DNA of 64,000 nucleotides from an uncultured Gammaproteobacteria bacterium (lineage in GTDB: Bacteria; Pseudomonadota; Gammaproteobacteria; GCA-001735895), in assembly GCA_964488685.1 (NCBI GenBank), contig CAZAVY010000003.1:1106-65105 (forward strand). Reading direction: 5' to 3'. Below, piece after piece: positions 54,632 through 64,000 of the stretch. A program made the translations under genes and the position numbers. Position 1 is the first letter of the stretch. Each line of letters starts with the position of its first letter. The notes beneath the pieces are model-generated. The model was given only the letters and a program-made list of their open reading frames with translations. It was not told the origin of the DNA and searched no databases.

Positions 54632-55297
54632 ATGACGCCCGAAGAAAAAAAACGCCTTGCTGCCGAAGCTGCCATCGATTACGTCAAGCCCGGGGCTATC
54701 GTCGGCGTGGGCACCGGTTCCACCGTTAATCATTTTATCGACCTGCTGGCTGATAAAATGGCCGCCAGGGTCACTGCTGCGGTTTCCAGTTCAGAAGCTT
54801 CCAGCAACCGCTTACGTGGCCACGGGTTCAAGGTGGTCGACCTGAATCAGGCCGGCAAACTCGACCTGTATGTCGATGGCGCCGACGAATCCAATCACCA
54901 GCTACAACTGATCAAGGGTGGTGGCGGCGCATTGACCCGCGAAAAAATTGTCGCGTCGGCGAGTGCCGAATTCGTCTGCATTGCCGACGACAGCAAGCTG
55001 GTGGATACGCTGGGCGATTTCCCGCTACCGGTAGAGGTTATCCCGATGGCACGAGAACTGGTCGCTGCGGCACTTGGAAACCTGGGCGGTGATCCACGGT
55101 TGAGGGAAGGTTTTGTTACCGATAACGGCAACCAGATTCTCGATCTACATGGAATGCGGATCTCCGACGCGCTCGACCTTGAATCCTGTATCAATCAAAT
55201 CGCAGGGGTGGTTTGCGTGGGTCTGTTTGCCCACCGTCCTGCTGATGTGCTTATCCTCGGCACCGATGACGGGGTAGTCCGTTACACCGCTCCTTAG
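54632..55297 (+). CDS. rpiA: ribose-5-phosphate isomerase A
   Basis: Internal Met of ORF 54602..55297. Motifs [26 protein letters not shown] and PVEV. Confidence 0.9.
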   Translation: MTPEEKKRLAAEAAIDYVKPGAIVGVGTGSTVNHFIDLLADKMAARVTAAVSSSEASSNRLRGHGFKVVDLNQAGKLDLYVDGADESNHQLQLIKGGGGALTREKIVASASAEFVCIADDSKLVDTLGDFPLPVEVIPMARELVAAALGNLGGDPRLREGFVTDNGNQILDLHGMRISDALDLESCINQIAGVVCVGLFAHRPADVLILGTDDGVVRYTAP

Positions 55298-55461
55298 CCC
55301 GGAGATTTCATGAACTGCCGCGATGATTGCGCAGGGCTTTAGTTTTCTCGGGAGAATTTCCGAAGAAGTGTCGGACCAATGGATACGGCCGACTGAGGAA
55401 GGTTCCCGAAGAGACAAAGGTCAAGCCAGGGCGCGAGCAGGTTTATGAAAGGTTCGGGTTA
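55293..55461 (+). repeat. 169-bp hairpin-forming dispersed element, copy B
   Basis: Same element as 3347..3514. It begins at cttag, which contains the rpiA TAG stop (55295-55297). Inner arms are at 55337-55353 and 55404-55419. Confidence 0.8.
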
Positions 55462-55485
55462 GATTTCCTCAAATGGAACTGGATT

Positions 55486-55512
55486 AAAAAAGCCCGCACA
55501 AAGCGGGCTTTT
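55486..55512. terminator. bidirectional rho-independent terminator between rpiA and rpsI
   Basis: aaaaaagcccgc-acaa-gcgggctttt. The GC stem is flanked by an A-run and a T-run and sits between convergent genes. Confidence 0.75.
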
Positions 55513-55534
55513 GGGGTAATCGGGAATTTCTGGT

Positions 55535-55927
55535 TTAACGCTTGGAGAATTGAACGCCACGGCGGGCCTTGCGCAAACCAACCTTCTTGCGTTCAACTTC
55601 ACGCGCGTCACGGGTCACAAATCCTTCCTTACGCAATGCGGCACGGAAGGTTTCGTCGTATTTCAGCAGGGCGCGGGTAATACCGAGACGAATCGCACCG
55701 GCCTGACCGCTGGGGCCGCCACCGGATACACTGACGTTGATATCAAACTTGTCAATCAGTTCGACAGTTTGCAACGGTTGGCGTACTACCATGCGTGAGG
55801 TTTCACGCCCGAAATACTCTTCGATGCTCCGATTATTGATTGTAATCGCGCCGCTACCGGACTTTAAATAAACACGCGCCGCCGAGCTCTTGCGACGACC
55901 GGTACCGTAATATTGTTCGACTGCCAT
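55535..55927 (-). CDS. rpsI: 30S ribosomal protein S9
   Basis: 130 aa. [16 protein letters not shown] at the N-terminal end and ...[11 protein letters not shown] at the C-terminus. Confidence 0.97.
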   Translation of the reverse strand: MAVEQYYGTGRRKSSAARVYLKSGSGAITINNRSIEEYFGRETSRMVVRQPLQTVELIDKFDINVSVSGGGPSGQAGAIRLGITRALLKYDETFRAALRKEGFVTRDAREVERKKVGLRKARRGVQFSKR

Positions 55928-55938
55928 ATTTTGACCCG

Positions 55939-56367
55939 TTAGATTTCGAGAGGTTGGGGTTGTTGCGCAGCGTGGCTGTGTGCCGCGCCTGCGTATACCT
56001 TCAGCTTTTTAAACATTGCCCGACCCAGGGCATTCTTTGGCAACATGCCTTTAACCGAATGCTGAATAATTCTTTCCGGATGAACCTTACGCAGTTGCGA
56101 CAGATTGGTCGACTTCAGACTGCCAATATAACCGGTGTGATGATGATACATCTTGTCATTTTCCTTGTTGCCGGTGACCCGTATTTTTTCCGCGTTGATG
56201 ACGATGATGTAATCACCGGTATCGACGTGTGGTGTATACTCGGGCTTGTGTTTACCGCGTAAACGACGCGCAACTTCGGTCGACAGGCGACCCAGTATCT
56301 TGTCGGTGGCATCAATGACATACCAGTCACGTTTTACCGTTTCAGATTTTGCACTGAAGGTTTTCAT
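55939..56367 (-). CDS. rplM: 50S ribosomal protein L13
   Basis: Internal Met of ORF 55939..56373 gives [20 protein letters not shown]. Also [34 protein letters not shown]. Confidence 0.97.
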   Translation of the reverse strand: MKTFSAKSETVKRDWYVIDATDKILGRLSTEVARRLRGKHKPEYTPHVDTGDYIIVINAEKIRVTGNKENDKMYHHHTGYIGSLKSTNLSQLRKVHPERIIQHSVKGMLPKNALGRAMFKKLKVYAGAAHSHAAQQPQPLEI

Positions 56368-56424
56368 ACCCATTCCTGATTAAGCTGCCGATTAAGGCGT
56401 TGACTTCTTTCACAAAGGGCGCGA

Positions 56425-56475
56425 ATACTAACGGATAAGTAAGCGCTTGACAAGGCGTAAAACCCTGTTTTTAAA
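56425..56475. promoter_or_regulatory. candidate back-to-back sigma70 promoters for rplM-rpsI and coq7
   Basis: Minus strand: TTGTCA (56453-56448), 17-nt spacer, TAGTAT (56430-56425). Plus strand: TTGACA (56447-56452), 17-nt spacer, TTTAAA (56470-56475). The two -35 boxes overlap on opposite strands. Confidence 0.35.
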
Positions 56476-56564
56476 GGCATATTTCAAGTCTTGGCACAAT
56501 GTCCCGATTTAGCCGATAATAAGGGTGTTCCCGCAAGAATTTAAGCTGTTTTCCCGGAGGCAAA

Positions 56565-57203
56565 ATGCGCAACCTCGGCTTTGTTGATCGTTTACTCGAT
56601 GAACTGCAACGCGGCCTCAAGACCAGTCATCTACGCCCACCAGCGGCCGAACGAGCGTATCCGGCGGATCATATCGATCAAGACGAGTTATCCGCCAGCG
56701 AACAAACGCATGTCGCCGGATTGATGCGAGTCAATAATGCCGGTGAAGTGGCCGCGCAGGGATTGTATCGCGGCCAGGCGTTGACCGCAGGCAAACAGGC
56801 GCTCAGTGCGGCCATGACTGAAGCCGCAGAAGAGGAAAACGAACACCTGAACTGGTGTCAGCGGCGACTTGGCGAACTCGATCAACCCCGTAGCCTGCTC
56901 GACGGTGTCTGGTACTGGGGTTCATTTTCCATCGGCGCCCTGGCAGGTGCCGCTGGTGACAAGTGGAGCCTGGGTTTCGTCAAGGAAACCGAGCAGCAGG
57001 TCTGTTCTCATCTTGAGCGTCACCTCGAAAGCCTGCCCGAACAGGACCGGCGCAGTCGTTCGATCATCGAAACCATGCGCGCGGATGAACTGCGCCATGC
57101 GCAAAACGCCGCCAGTGCCGGTGCTGCTGAACTACCGGCGCCAATCAAAGCCGCGATGCAACTGATCAGTAAGGTCATGACCTTCACCGCATATCGAATC
57201 TAA
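56565..57203 (+). CDS. coq7: demethoxyubiquinone hydroxylase (Coq7 family di-iron protein)
   Basis: 212 aa. Motifs RVNNAGEVAAQGLY, EEENEHL and ADELRH, which are di-iron carboxylate motifs. Confidence 0.85.
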   Translation: MRNLGFVDRLLDELQRGLKTSHLRPPAAERAYPADHIDQDELSASEQTHVAGLMRVNNAGEVAAQGLYRGQALTAGKQALSAAMTEAAEEENEHLNWCQRRLGELDQPRSLLDGVWYWGSFSIGALAGAAGDKWSLGFVKETEQQVCSHLERHLESLPEQDRRSRSIIETMRADELRHAQNAASAGAAELPAPIKAAMQLISKVMTFTAYRI

Positions 57204-57325
57204 CCTAAAGTATATGTTCGGGCAGTGTTGGGGTCAGGATGTAATGGCACTAGCTTTTCAAGGAGTTGAGTCATACCCGCGCAAGTATGACGACTTTGAA
57301 GCAGGTGCCATCTGGGTCTGGACGA

Positions 57326-57745
57326 CTAGTCGCGGTTGACGATTCCGAAGCTGTGGGTGATTTCGGCGACTTTTTCGAGCATGCGGGAGGCAGAGCAATA
57401 CTTGTCTGCGGATAAATCCACTGCCTTCGAAACTTTATTCTGATCAAGATCGCGACCACTGACGATAAAATGCACATGAATTTTAGTGAATACTTTAGGA
57501 ATCGTTTGCGCGCGCTCGGCCTCGATCTCCACTTCACAATCAACAACTTGCTGTCGGGACTTGTGCAAAATGGAAACCACGTCGAATGCAGTACAGCCGC
57601 CCAGACCCAGCAATAGCATTTCCATTGGACGCACACCCAGATTTCTGCCGCCGGCATCGGCGGCGCCATCCATCACAACCGAGTGGCCACTATCCGATTC
57701 ACCGACAAAAGACATGTGATCAAGCCATTTTACTCTACACTTCAT
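57326..57745 (-). CDS. OsmC family protein (YhfA-like)
   Basis: 139 aa. GVRPMEMLLLGLGGCTAFDVVSIL and KYCSAS. Divergent from crp, as yhfA is in enterics. Confidence 0.8.
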   Translation of the reverse strand: MKCRVKWLDHMSFVGESDSGHSVVMDGAADAGGRNLGVRPMEMLLLGLGGCTAFDVVSILHKSRQQVVDCEVEIEAERAQTIPKVFTKIHVHFIVSGRDLDQNKVSKAVDLSADKYCSASRMLEKVAEITHSFGIVNRD

Positions 57746-57819
57746 CGTTACTACCTATTGCTGTTGAATTGCGTTTTTTATGGTATGTTTAGTACTATCG
57801 AGTTCAGATAAATAAAAAT

Positions 57820-58467
57820 ATGTCAGTTAACCCCATCACAAAAGTCATCCCCAAGAATAATCCGGCCCTTGACAACTTTCTGCGTCACTGCCACACCAAG
57901 AAGTATGCAACGCGCAGTACCATTATTCATGCGGGGGACGATTCGGAGACGCTGTACTATATCATCGACGGTTCGGTGAGCGTAGTCATCGAAGATGAAG
58001 ACTGTAACGAAATCGTGCTCGCCTACCTCAACCCCGGGGATTTCTTCGGTGAAATGGGTTTATTCGAGGAGGACACCAAACGCAGCGCCTGGGTCATCAC
58101 GCGAACCATCTGTGATGTTGCGGAAATCCACTACAACCAGTTTATGCAGCTGGCCAGGGAAACACCCGAAATCCTGTTCCAGCTGTCTTCGCAACTGGCC
58201 AGTCGATTGCGCAATACCAGCCGTAAAGTCAGTAACCTCGCGTTTATGGATGTAACCGGACGTGTCGCACGCACCTTGCTCGATCTGGCGCGCGAACCCG
58301 ACGCAATCACCCATCCCGATGGCATGCAAATCAAGATTACCCGTCAGGAAATTGCCAAAATAGTCGGCTGTTCCCGCGAGATGGCCGGTCGTGTGATGAA
58401 GACTCTGGAAGAAGACGGCCTGATCACGGCACACGGAAAAACCATCGTCGTTTTCGGCACGCGTTAG
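57820..58467 (+). CDS. crp: cAMP receptor protein (Crp/Vfr family)
   Basis: 215 aa. cNMP-binding motif FFGEMGLF, and [33 protein letters not shown]. Confidence 0.9.
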   Translation: MSVNPITKVIPKNNPALDNFLRHCHTKKYATRSTIIHAGDDSETLYYIIDGSVSVVIEDEDCNEIVLAYLNPGDFFGEMGLFEEDTKRSAWVITRTICDVAEIHYNQFMQLARETPEILFQLSSQLASRLRNTSRKVSNLAFMDVTGRVARTLLDLAREPDAITHPDGMQIKITRQEIAKIVGCSREMAGRVMKTLEEDGLITAHGKTIVVFGTR

Positions 58468-58471
58468 GATC

Positions 58472-59272
58472 TTATCCAAACAGCTGCTTCAGGCCCTGAC
58501 CCGGATCCGCAACGCGCATGAAGGCCTCTCCGACGAGAAAGGCGTGCACCGCGTGGCGACGCATCAGTTCAACCTCATCTCGACTGTGAATCCCGCTCTC
58601 GGTGACAACCAGGCAAGCTTCGGGAATCGATCCCAGCAATTCAATCGTGGTGTCGAGCCGGGTATCGAAGGTATGCAGATCACGATTATTAATGCCAACC
58701 AGGTCCGGATCGAGTTTTAAGCTGCGCTCGAGCTCTTTGTGATCGTGCACCTCGACCAGCACATCCATACCCAGCGATTTCGCTTCGCGGTACAGGCTTG
58801 TCAAGGCCCCGTCATCGAGCGCCGCGACGATAAGCAGGATGCAGTCGGCCCCGATTGCCCTCGATTCAATCAACTGGTACGGATCGACGATAAAATCCTT
58901 GCGGATGACCGGTAACTCGCAGGCATTGCGGGCTGCGGTCAGGTAATCTTCATGCCCCTGGAAAAAATCATGGTCGGTCAACACCGACAGGCAACTGGCA
59001 CCGCCGGCTTGATACGACTTCGCAATTTCGACCACGTCGAAATCCTCGCGAATGACACCCTTGCTGGGTGAAGCCTTCTTGATCTCGGCGATCACCGCCG
59101 CTTCACCCCGTTCAATCCGGCGTTTCATAGCGGCGATGAATCCACGCGGGGCCGAGACCTCTTCGACTTGCTGTCGTAGCTGGTCAATTGATATAGCTTT
59201 CCGACGCGCGGATATTTCCTGCTGCTTGCGCGCAAGAATTTGATTCAGGATGCCCGCTCTCGGCCCGCTCAT
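58472..59272 (-). CDS. trpC: indole-3-glycerol phosphate synthase
   Basis: 266 aa. Motifs [23 protein letters not shown] and VGINNRDL. Confidence 0.95.
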   Translation of the reverse strand: MSGPRAGILNQILARKQQEISARRKAISIDQLRQQVEEVSAPRGFIAAMKRRIERGEAAVIAEIKKASPSKGVIREDFDVVEIAKSYQAGGASCLSVLTDHDFFQGHEDYLTAARNACELPVIRKDFIVDPYQLIESRAIGADCILLIVAALDDGALTSLYREAKSLGMDVLVEVHDHKELERSLKLDPDLVGINNRDLHTFDTRLDTTIELLGSIPEACLVVTESGIHSRDEVELMRRHAVHAFLVGEAFMRVADPGQGLKQLFG

Positions 59273-60285
59273 CAGGCGTTGGTCCGGGCGACCAGATTTT
59301 GCAGTACTTCGGCGGCCTTGCCACTGCTAATCGCTGTGCGCGCGGATTCGACGCCTGCTTCAAGCGATTCGGCAACACCCGATACATAAATTGCCGCCCC
59401 GGCGTTGAGGCAAACGATATCACGCGCCGGACCCGGGTTATCCGACAACACCGAGCGAATAGTGGCCAGGCTTTGTTCGGCGGATTCGACCCGAAGCTGA
59501 TCCAGTGGAGCCTGCTCCATATCAAAGTCTGCGGGTGAAACCGTGTAACTGGTGACTGCTCCATTTTTCAGTTCAGCCACCCTTGTCGGCGCCGAAATAC
59601 TGATTTCATCCATCCCGTCCTCGGCATGCACCACCATGACATGTCGGCTCCCCAGCTGATTCAACACCTGCGCAAGTGGTTCCACCAGTTCACCATCGAA
59701 TACTCCGATAATCTGGTTTGGGGCGCCGGCCGGGTTGGTCAACGGGCCCAGCAGGTTGAAAATAGTTCGCACCGCCATCTCCTTGCGCGGACCGATAGCA
59801 TGTTTCATGGCACCGTGATGTGCGGGTGCAAACATAAAGCCGACCCCGACCTGCTCGATGCACTGCGCCACCTGCCGGGGTGAAATATCGAGCTTGACGC
59901 CGGCAACTTCCAGCACGTCGGCACTGCCGGAGTTGCTGGTCATGGAACGATTCCCATGCTTGGCCACCTGCGCGCCGGCCGCCGCAGCAACGATTGCGCT
60001 CGCGGTCGAGATGTTGAAACTTGCGGACGAATCACCGCCGGTACCACAGGTGTCGACCAGGTGGTCGCCACTGACTTCAACCCGGGTGGACAGTTCACGC
60101 ATGACTTTTGCCGCCGCCGAAATTTCATCTACCGACTCGCCTTTGATGCGCAACCCAACCAGGAAACCGCCAATCTGGGACGCTGTACATTCCCCGGTCA
60201 TGATTTGCAGCATCACCGAACTCATTTCGTCACCGCTCAGATCGCGGCCGGCGATTACCGCTTTAATTGCTGCCTGTATTTCCAT
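59272..60285 (-). CDS. trpD: anthranilate phosphoribosyltransferase
   Basis: The internal Met of ORF 59272..60303 overlaps the trpG stop (TAATG) and is preceded by gggggag. Motifs [14 protein letters not shown] and GPLTNP. Confidence 0.95.
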   Translation of the reverse strand: MEIQAAIKAVIAGRDLSGDEMSSVMLQIMTGECTASQIGGFLVGLRIKGESVDEISAAAKVMRELSTRVEVSGDHLVDTCGTGGDSSASFNISTASAIVAAAAGAQVAKHGNRSMTSNSGSADVLEVAGVKLDISPRQVAQCIEQVGVGFMFAPAHHGAMKHAIGPRKEMAVRTIFNLLGPLTNPAGAPNQIIGVFDGELVEPLAQVLNQLGSRHVMVVHAEDGMDEISISAPTRVAELKNGAVTSYTVSPADFDMEQAPLDQLRVESAEQSLATIRSVLSDNPGPARDIVCLNAGAAIYVSGVAESLEAGVESARTAISSGKAAEVLQNLVARTNA

Positions 60286-60884
60286 TACTCCCCCTGCCTG
60301 CATGTCGGTTGTAAAAAATTTTGTAACAAGCTGTGGCCGTGCTCGGTCAGAATCGATTCGGGATGAAACTGAACCCCCTCGATTGCAAGTTCCCGGTGGC
60401 GCAACCCCATGATTTGGTCGAGTTTACCATCCTCGTCTTCGGTCCACGCGGTTCGCTCCAGACAGTCGGGAAAACTGTCCTTGTCAATCACCAGCGAGTG
60501 GTAGCGTGTCGCGATAAATGGACAGGGTAAACCGGCGAACACCCCGACTCCGCGGTGGAAAATCTGCGATGTTTTACCGTGCATGATTTCACCGGCGTGC
60601 ACGATCCCCCCCCCGTAAACCTGGCCGATGCTCTGGTGCCCGAGACACACTCCCAGGATTGGTTTTTGTCCGGCCAGAGCTTCGATTACTGCCATCGATA
60701 TGCCGGCTTCATTCGGCGTGCAAGGGCCCGGCGACAGCATGATATGAGTTGCATTCGAAGCAAGGATTTCATCGATCCCAATCTGGTCGTTACGTATGAC
60801 TTCAACCTCGGCTCCCAGCTCACCCAGGAATTGCACCAGGTTATAAGTAAAGGAATCATAATTGTCGATCATCAGGACTTTCAT
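60285..60884 (-). CDS. trpG: anthranilate synthase component II (glutamine amidotransferase)
   Basis: 199 aa. Motifs [21 protein letters not shown] and QFHPES. Confidence 0.95.
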   Translation of the reverse strand: MKVLMIDNYDSFTYNLVQFLGELGAEVEVIRNDQIGIDEILASNATHIMLSPGPCTPNEAGISMAVIEALAGQKPILGVCLGHQSIGQVYGGGIVHAGEIMHGKTSQIFHRGVGVFAGLPCPFIATRYHSLVIDKDSFPDCLERTAWTEDEDGKLDQIMGLRHRELAIEGVQFHPESILTEHGHSLLQNFLQPTCRQGE

Positions 60885-62386
60885 GATTTCTCACCCTCGT
60901 CACAGGGATCTCGCGATGGCAGGCCCGCTTCGGCCAGCGCCACGGCGCGAAAGATCGCGCGCCCCTTGTTCATGGTTTCGGCCCATTCATTCTCAGCAAC
61001 CGAATCATAGACAATTCCGGCACCTACCTGGATGTAGAGCTTTTCGTCCTTGATCACCGCCGTTCGAATGGCGATCGCGGTATCCATGTTGCCGCTCCAG
61101 GAAATGTAGCCTACCGCGCCTGAATAAATGCCGCGCTTAACCGGTTCGAGCTCATCGATAATTTCCATCGCCCTGATTTTCGGGGCTCCGGAAACGGTTC
61201 CGGCCGGGAAGGTTGCGCGCAACACGTCAAATGCCGACAATTCGGGTTTGATCCGGCCCTCGACATTGGAGACAATGTGCATGACATGCGAGTAGCGCTC
61301 CACGATCATTTTCTCGGTTAATCTGACGCTACCCACCTGGCTGACCCGACCCGCGTCATTCCGCCCGAGATCGATCAGCATCAGGTGCTCGGCGAGTTCC
61401 TTCGGATCACTCAGTAACTCGCGTTCGAGTTCAAGATCGGCTTGCGCAGTTTTACCCCGGGGCCGGGTTCCGGCGATCGGCCTTACCGTAACCGCTTCAT
61501 CTTCAAGTCGCACCAGGATTTCAGGCGACGAACCCACCACGTGATGATCACCAAGGTTCATGTAATACAGATAAGGTGACGGATTGAGACTGCGCAAGGC
61601 GCGGTACAGGTCGATCGGTGCCGACCTGTATGGAATCGAGAGCCGCTGTGATAGCACGATTTGCATCGCATCACCATCGATGATGTATTGTCGCGCCTTT
61701 TCAACCGCGTCCTCGAAACCCTGTTGGGTAAACTCGGAAGTAAAATCCTGTTCCCGCACGATCTGTTGCCGGGAACCGGTGCCGGTATCGAGTCGAACCC
61801 TGTGCAGCTTTGCCTCGAGATCGTCGAGTTGCTGCTGACCCTCCTGCCACGCATTGTTAGCGGAAGTCTCGACGTGCACGATTAAAAACATGCGCGAAGA
61901 CAGGTTGTCGAAGACCACCAGCTTGTCGCTGAGCATTAGCAGAATGTCCGGCGTTTCATGCTTGTCGGGATTGGGGCAATTGGCGAGTTTGGGCTCGATG
62001 TATCGAATCGTGTCATAGCTGAAATAGCCGACCAGGCCGCCATGAAACTTGGGTAAACATTCAGCCTCAGCTACCTTGAAGGAATTCAGATAGTCCTCGA
62101 TATACTGCAGTGGATCATCGGTTTGCTGTTCACTGGCGATTTGACCGTCAACCTCCAGTAGCACTCGCTTGCCGAATACTTTTATGCGCGTACTGCAGGC
62201 CATGCCGATGATCGAGTAACGACCCCATTTCTCGCCGCCCTGTACCGATTCGAACAGGTAGGTGTAAGGCTCATCGGCGAGCTTCAGGTAGGTACTTAAC
62301 GGGGTATCGAGATCGGCAAATATTTCACGCACCAACGGAATGCGGTTGTAACCGTGCCTTGATTGATTGAATTGCTGGAAATTCAC
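60881..62386 (-). CDS. trpE: anthranilate synthase component I
   Basis: 501 aa with a GTG start preceded by aggag. Motifs [23 protein letters not shown] and GAGIVYDS. Confidence 0.95.
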   Translation of the reverse strand: MNFQQFNQSRHGYNRIPLVREIFADLDTPLSTYLKLADEPYTYLFESVQGGEKWGRYSIIGMACSTRIKVFGKRVLLEVDGQIASEQQTDDPLQYIEDYLNSFKVAEAECLPKFHGGLVGYFSYDTIRYIEPKLANCPNPDKHETPDILLMLSDKLVVFDNLSSRMFLIVHVETSANNAWQEGQQQLDDLEAKLHRVRLDTGTGSRQQIVREQDFTSEFTQQGFEDAVEKARQYIIDGDAMQIVLSQRLSIPYRSAPIDLYRALRSLNPSPYLYYMNLGDHHVVGSSPEILVRLEDEAVTVRPIAGTRPRGKTAQADLELERELLSDPKELAEHLMLIDLGRNDAGRVSQVGSVRLTEKMIVERYSHVMHIVSNVEGRIKPELSAFDVLRATFPAGTVSGAPKIRAMEIIDELEPVKRGIYSGAVGYISWSGNMDTAIAIRTAVIKDEKLYIQVGAGIVYDSVAENEWAETMNKGRAIFRAVALAEAGLPSRDPCDEGEKS

Positions 62387-62664
62387 GGGTGACTCCTAAA
62401 ACGGACTAACAGAAAACAGGGGGCAAACTACGAAAGCTCGCGATTACTATCGCCAGCGTTGTATACCCTCATTTTTCCGTAAGTGTTTTCGAGTCATTTG
62501 AAAAAATCTCGTCGATCAGGTGATCGAATCTAACATAGCATTCCGGGCGTGGCTATGTTTAATTGGCACTGCCATCTATGGAACCCTGCCACCCCTAAAG
62601 GGGTCAAATATCATATTAACGCTTACTTAACCCAATCATTGCATAAATTCTGGCCAAATCGAAT

Positions 62665-63290
62665 TCATGCTGCTTGCTTGAGCGCGTTCAGGTAATGCAA
62701 CAACTCTGATTTCAGGGTTGGATTTGCGCTCATCGCCAGCGTGAGTTTTCGCTGAGGCCTGGTCAACCGACCGGCGCGTTGAATCAGCTTACGCCGTAAC
62801 GTACCGAGCTGAGTGAATTACCACAATGGCGCAGGTTTTTCGGTGGTACCACGTTGCCGGTTGTTCGCCACCATCTGCATTTCCCGGCTGAGGTTATGCG
62901 CCAGCATTGCCGCGAGTAGGTAAACCTGGTTGCCAGCCTGACGGCGGGTGGGGATGTAGTCCATCTGCGCCTTCGATTTCAACTCGGCGAATATACCTTC
63001 CTGGCTACCGCGACCATTGTGAAAGGCCAACGCTTTTTTGGCGCTGAGGCGTTTGTTGGTGACGACTACCTTGAAGTCATGGCCATACCCGTAAGGAATG
63101 AACATATCCAGTTGAAGCGGCTCTTTGTGCTGTTTACGGTTGCGGGTACGAATGAAAACAAATCGCTGTTTTCTTTGCCAACTATTGGGCTTCCATCGCA
63201 TTTCGAAAAAGTGGCAGCGCTGATCCAGGTGGCGCCAGCGTTTACGCCCCTCTACGATACTCTTCAGTTTGGCGAATAGGAGTTGAATAA
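62665..63290 (-). mobile_element. IS1380-family-like DDE transposase remnant (5'-truncated, with an in-frame stop)
   Basis: ORF 62818..63201 (W..RKQRFVFIRTR, HDFKVVVTN, FHNGRGSQEGIFAELK, LAHNL) matches the C-terminal half of IS1380-type transposases such as ISEcp1. After the TAA at 62818-62820 the same frame continues as FTQLGTLRRKLIQRAGRLTRPQRKLTLAMSANP...KQAA to a stop at 62665. The N-terminal ~250 aa are missing. The upstream boundary is approximate. Confidence 0.7.
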
Positions 63291-63326
63291 CATGGTATCC
63301 GTGCTATCATGTGACAATGATATCAT
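63283..63326 (+). promoter_or_regulatory. candidate higBA promoter and operator
   Basis: TTGAAT (63283-63288), 16-nt spacer, TATCAT (63305-63310). The inverted repeat ATCAT-N6-ATGAT (63306-63321) and the perfect palindrome ATGATATCAT (63317-63326) cover the higB ATG. Confidence 0.35.
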
Positions 63327-63610
63327 CGTTTAAAGATGGTGCCTCTGAAGACCTGTTTAACGGCATAAATAGTAAACAAGCCAGGAAAACCTGTCCTCGA
63401 GCTCTATGGAGGGTTATGTCGAGAAAGTTGGATCAACTCGATTCCGTTCAAAATTTGGAAGAACTTACAGTCCCGCCTGGAAATCATCTAGAGTTGCTAA
63501 GCGGTGATAGACGGGGCCAATACTGTATTCGAATCAATGAGCAATATCGTATTTGCTTTGTTTGGAGTGTTGCTGGCCCCTGCGATGTTGAAGTAACTGA
63601 TTATCATTAG
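63317..63610 (+). CDS. higB: HigB-like toxin (plasmid maintenance system killer, RelE/ParE superfamily)
   Basis: MISSFKDGASEDLFNG...KLDQLDSVQNLEELTVPPGNHLELLSGDRRGQYCIRINEQYRICFVW is a typical HigB sequence. It is followed 10 nt later by a HigA-type antitoxin gene. Confidence 0.85.
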   Translation: MISSFKDGASEDLFNGINSKQARKTCPRALWRVMSRKLDQLDSVQNLEELTVPPGNHLELLSGDRRGQYCIRINEQYRICFVWSVAGPCDVEVTDYH

Positions 63611-63620
63611 AGGTGTAATT

Positions 63621-63938
63621 ATGGTACGTATCCCTACAAATCGAGAACCCACTCACCCAGGCGATATGCTATTGGCAGAATTTCTAGAGCCTATGGGAAT
63701 TACCCAGCGGGAATTAGCCGATGCAATTCATGTTCCTTACCAAAGGGTCAATGAAATCATAAACCAGAAAAGAGGTGTTACGCCAAGCACGGCATTACGT
63801 TTAGCAAAATTCTTCGGGCTGTCTGAAGATTTCTGGTTAAGTCTGCAGTTGCGCTGTGATTTATATAAAGCGAGAAAAACAGAGGCAAAGGAAATAAAGT
63901 CAATTCGCCCGGCTCGTCACATTGAAAAATTTGCCTAA
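63621..63938 (+). CDS. higA: HigA-family antitoxin (XRE-type HTH)
   Basis: 105 aa. THPGDMLLAEFLEPMGITQRELADAIHVPYQRVNEIINQKRGVTPSTALRLAKFFGLSEDFWLSLQ. Confidence 0.85.
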   Translation: MVRIPTNREPTHPGDMLLAEFLEPMGITQRELADAIHVPYQRVNEIINQKRGVTPSTALRLAKFFGLSEDFWLSLQLRCDLYKARKTEAKEIKSIRPARHIEKFA

Positions 63939-64000
63939 CGAACAAGGATAGATCGCGAAGCGATCCACGATCTTATCCCGGTGTTGAACAAGCCCGTTCT

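Noticed and set aside
62447-62497. Possible trp leader peptide (MTRKHLRKNEGIQRWR) and attenuator upstream of trpE
   Set aside because: It has only one Trp codon, no tandem Trp, and no convincing terminator/antiterminator hairpin followed by a U-run before the trpE RBS.

Overview
This is a chromosomal segment of a gammaproteobacterium. The taxon is inferred only from gene content and order: Coq7-type ubiquinone hydroxylase, a TIGR02449-like gene followed by zapA and 6S RNA, and a crp/OsmC-family divergent pair. Most of the window is core metabolism arranged in familiar blocks: pcnB-folK-(dNK)-panB-panC, lptD-surA-pdxA-rsmA-folA, apaG-apaH, lgt-thyA, gcvT-gcvH, ygfB-pepP-ubiH-ubiI, zapA-ssrS, ilvA, rpiA, rplM-rpsI, coq7, crp and trpEGDC. 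Accessory or unusual content falls into eight groups. (1) A three-gene two-partner-secretion module, tpsB / tandem-FecR-domain protein / 1159-aa TpsA, lies between ubiI and gcvT. (2) A second FecR-domain membrane protein lies next to a small FHA protein. (3) A histidine kinase / response regulator / REC-GGDEF-EAL operon is flanked by two lipoprotein phospholipases, one patatin-like and one PLD-like. (4) Decayed nitrile-hydratase alpha/beta gene remnants abut a REP element. (5) A WYL regulator is divergent from a conserved unknown gene, with palindromes between them. (6) A 5'-truncated, nonsense-interrupted IS1380-like transposase remnant and a higBA cassette lie upstream of trpE. (7) A ~168-bp hairpin-forming dispersed element is present in two copies. 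(8) A family of GTCATCCCCGCGAAAGCGGGGATGAC-type REP palindromes occupies many intergenic regions. No CRISPR array, rRNA or tRNA was seen. The only RNA gene I can support is 6S RNA. Hand-derived coordinates are anchored on the ORF track. Unanchored intergenic features may be off by 1-3 nt.
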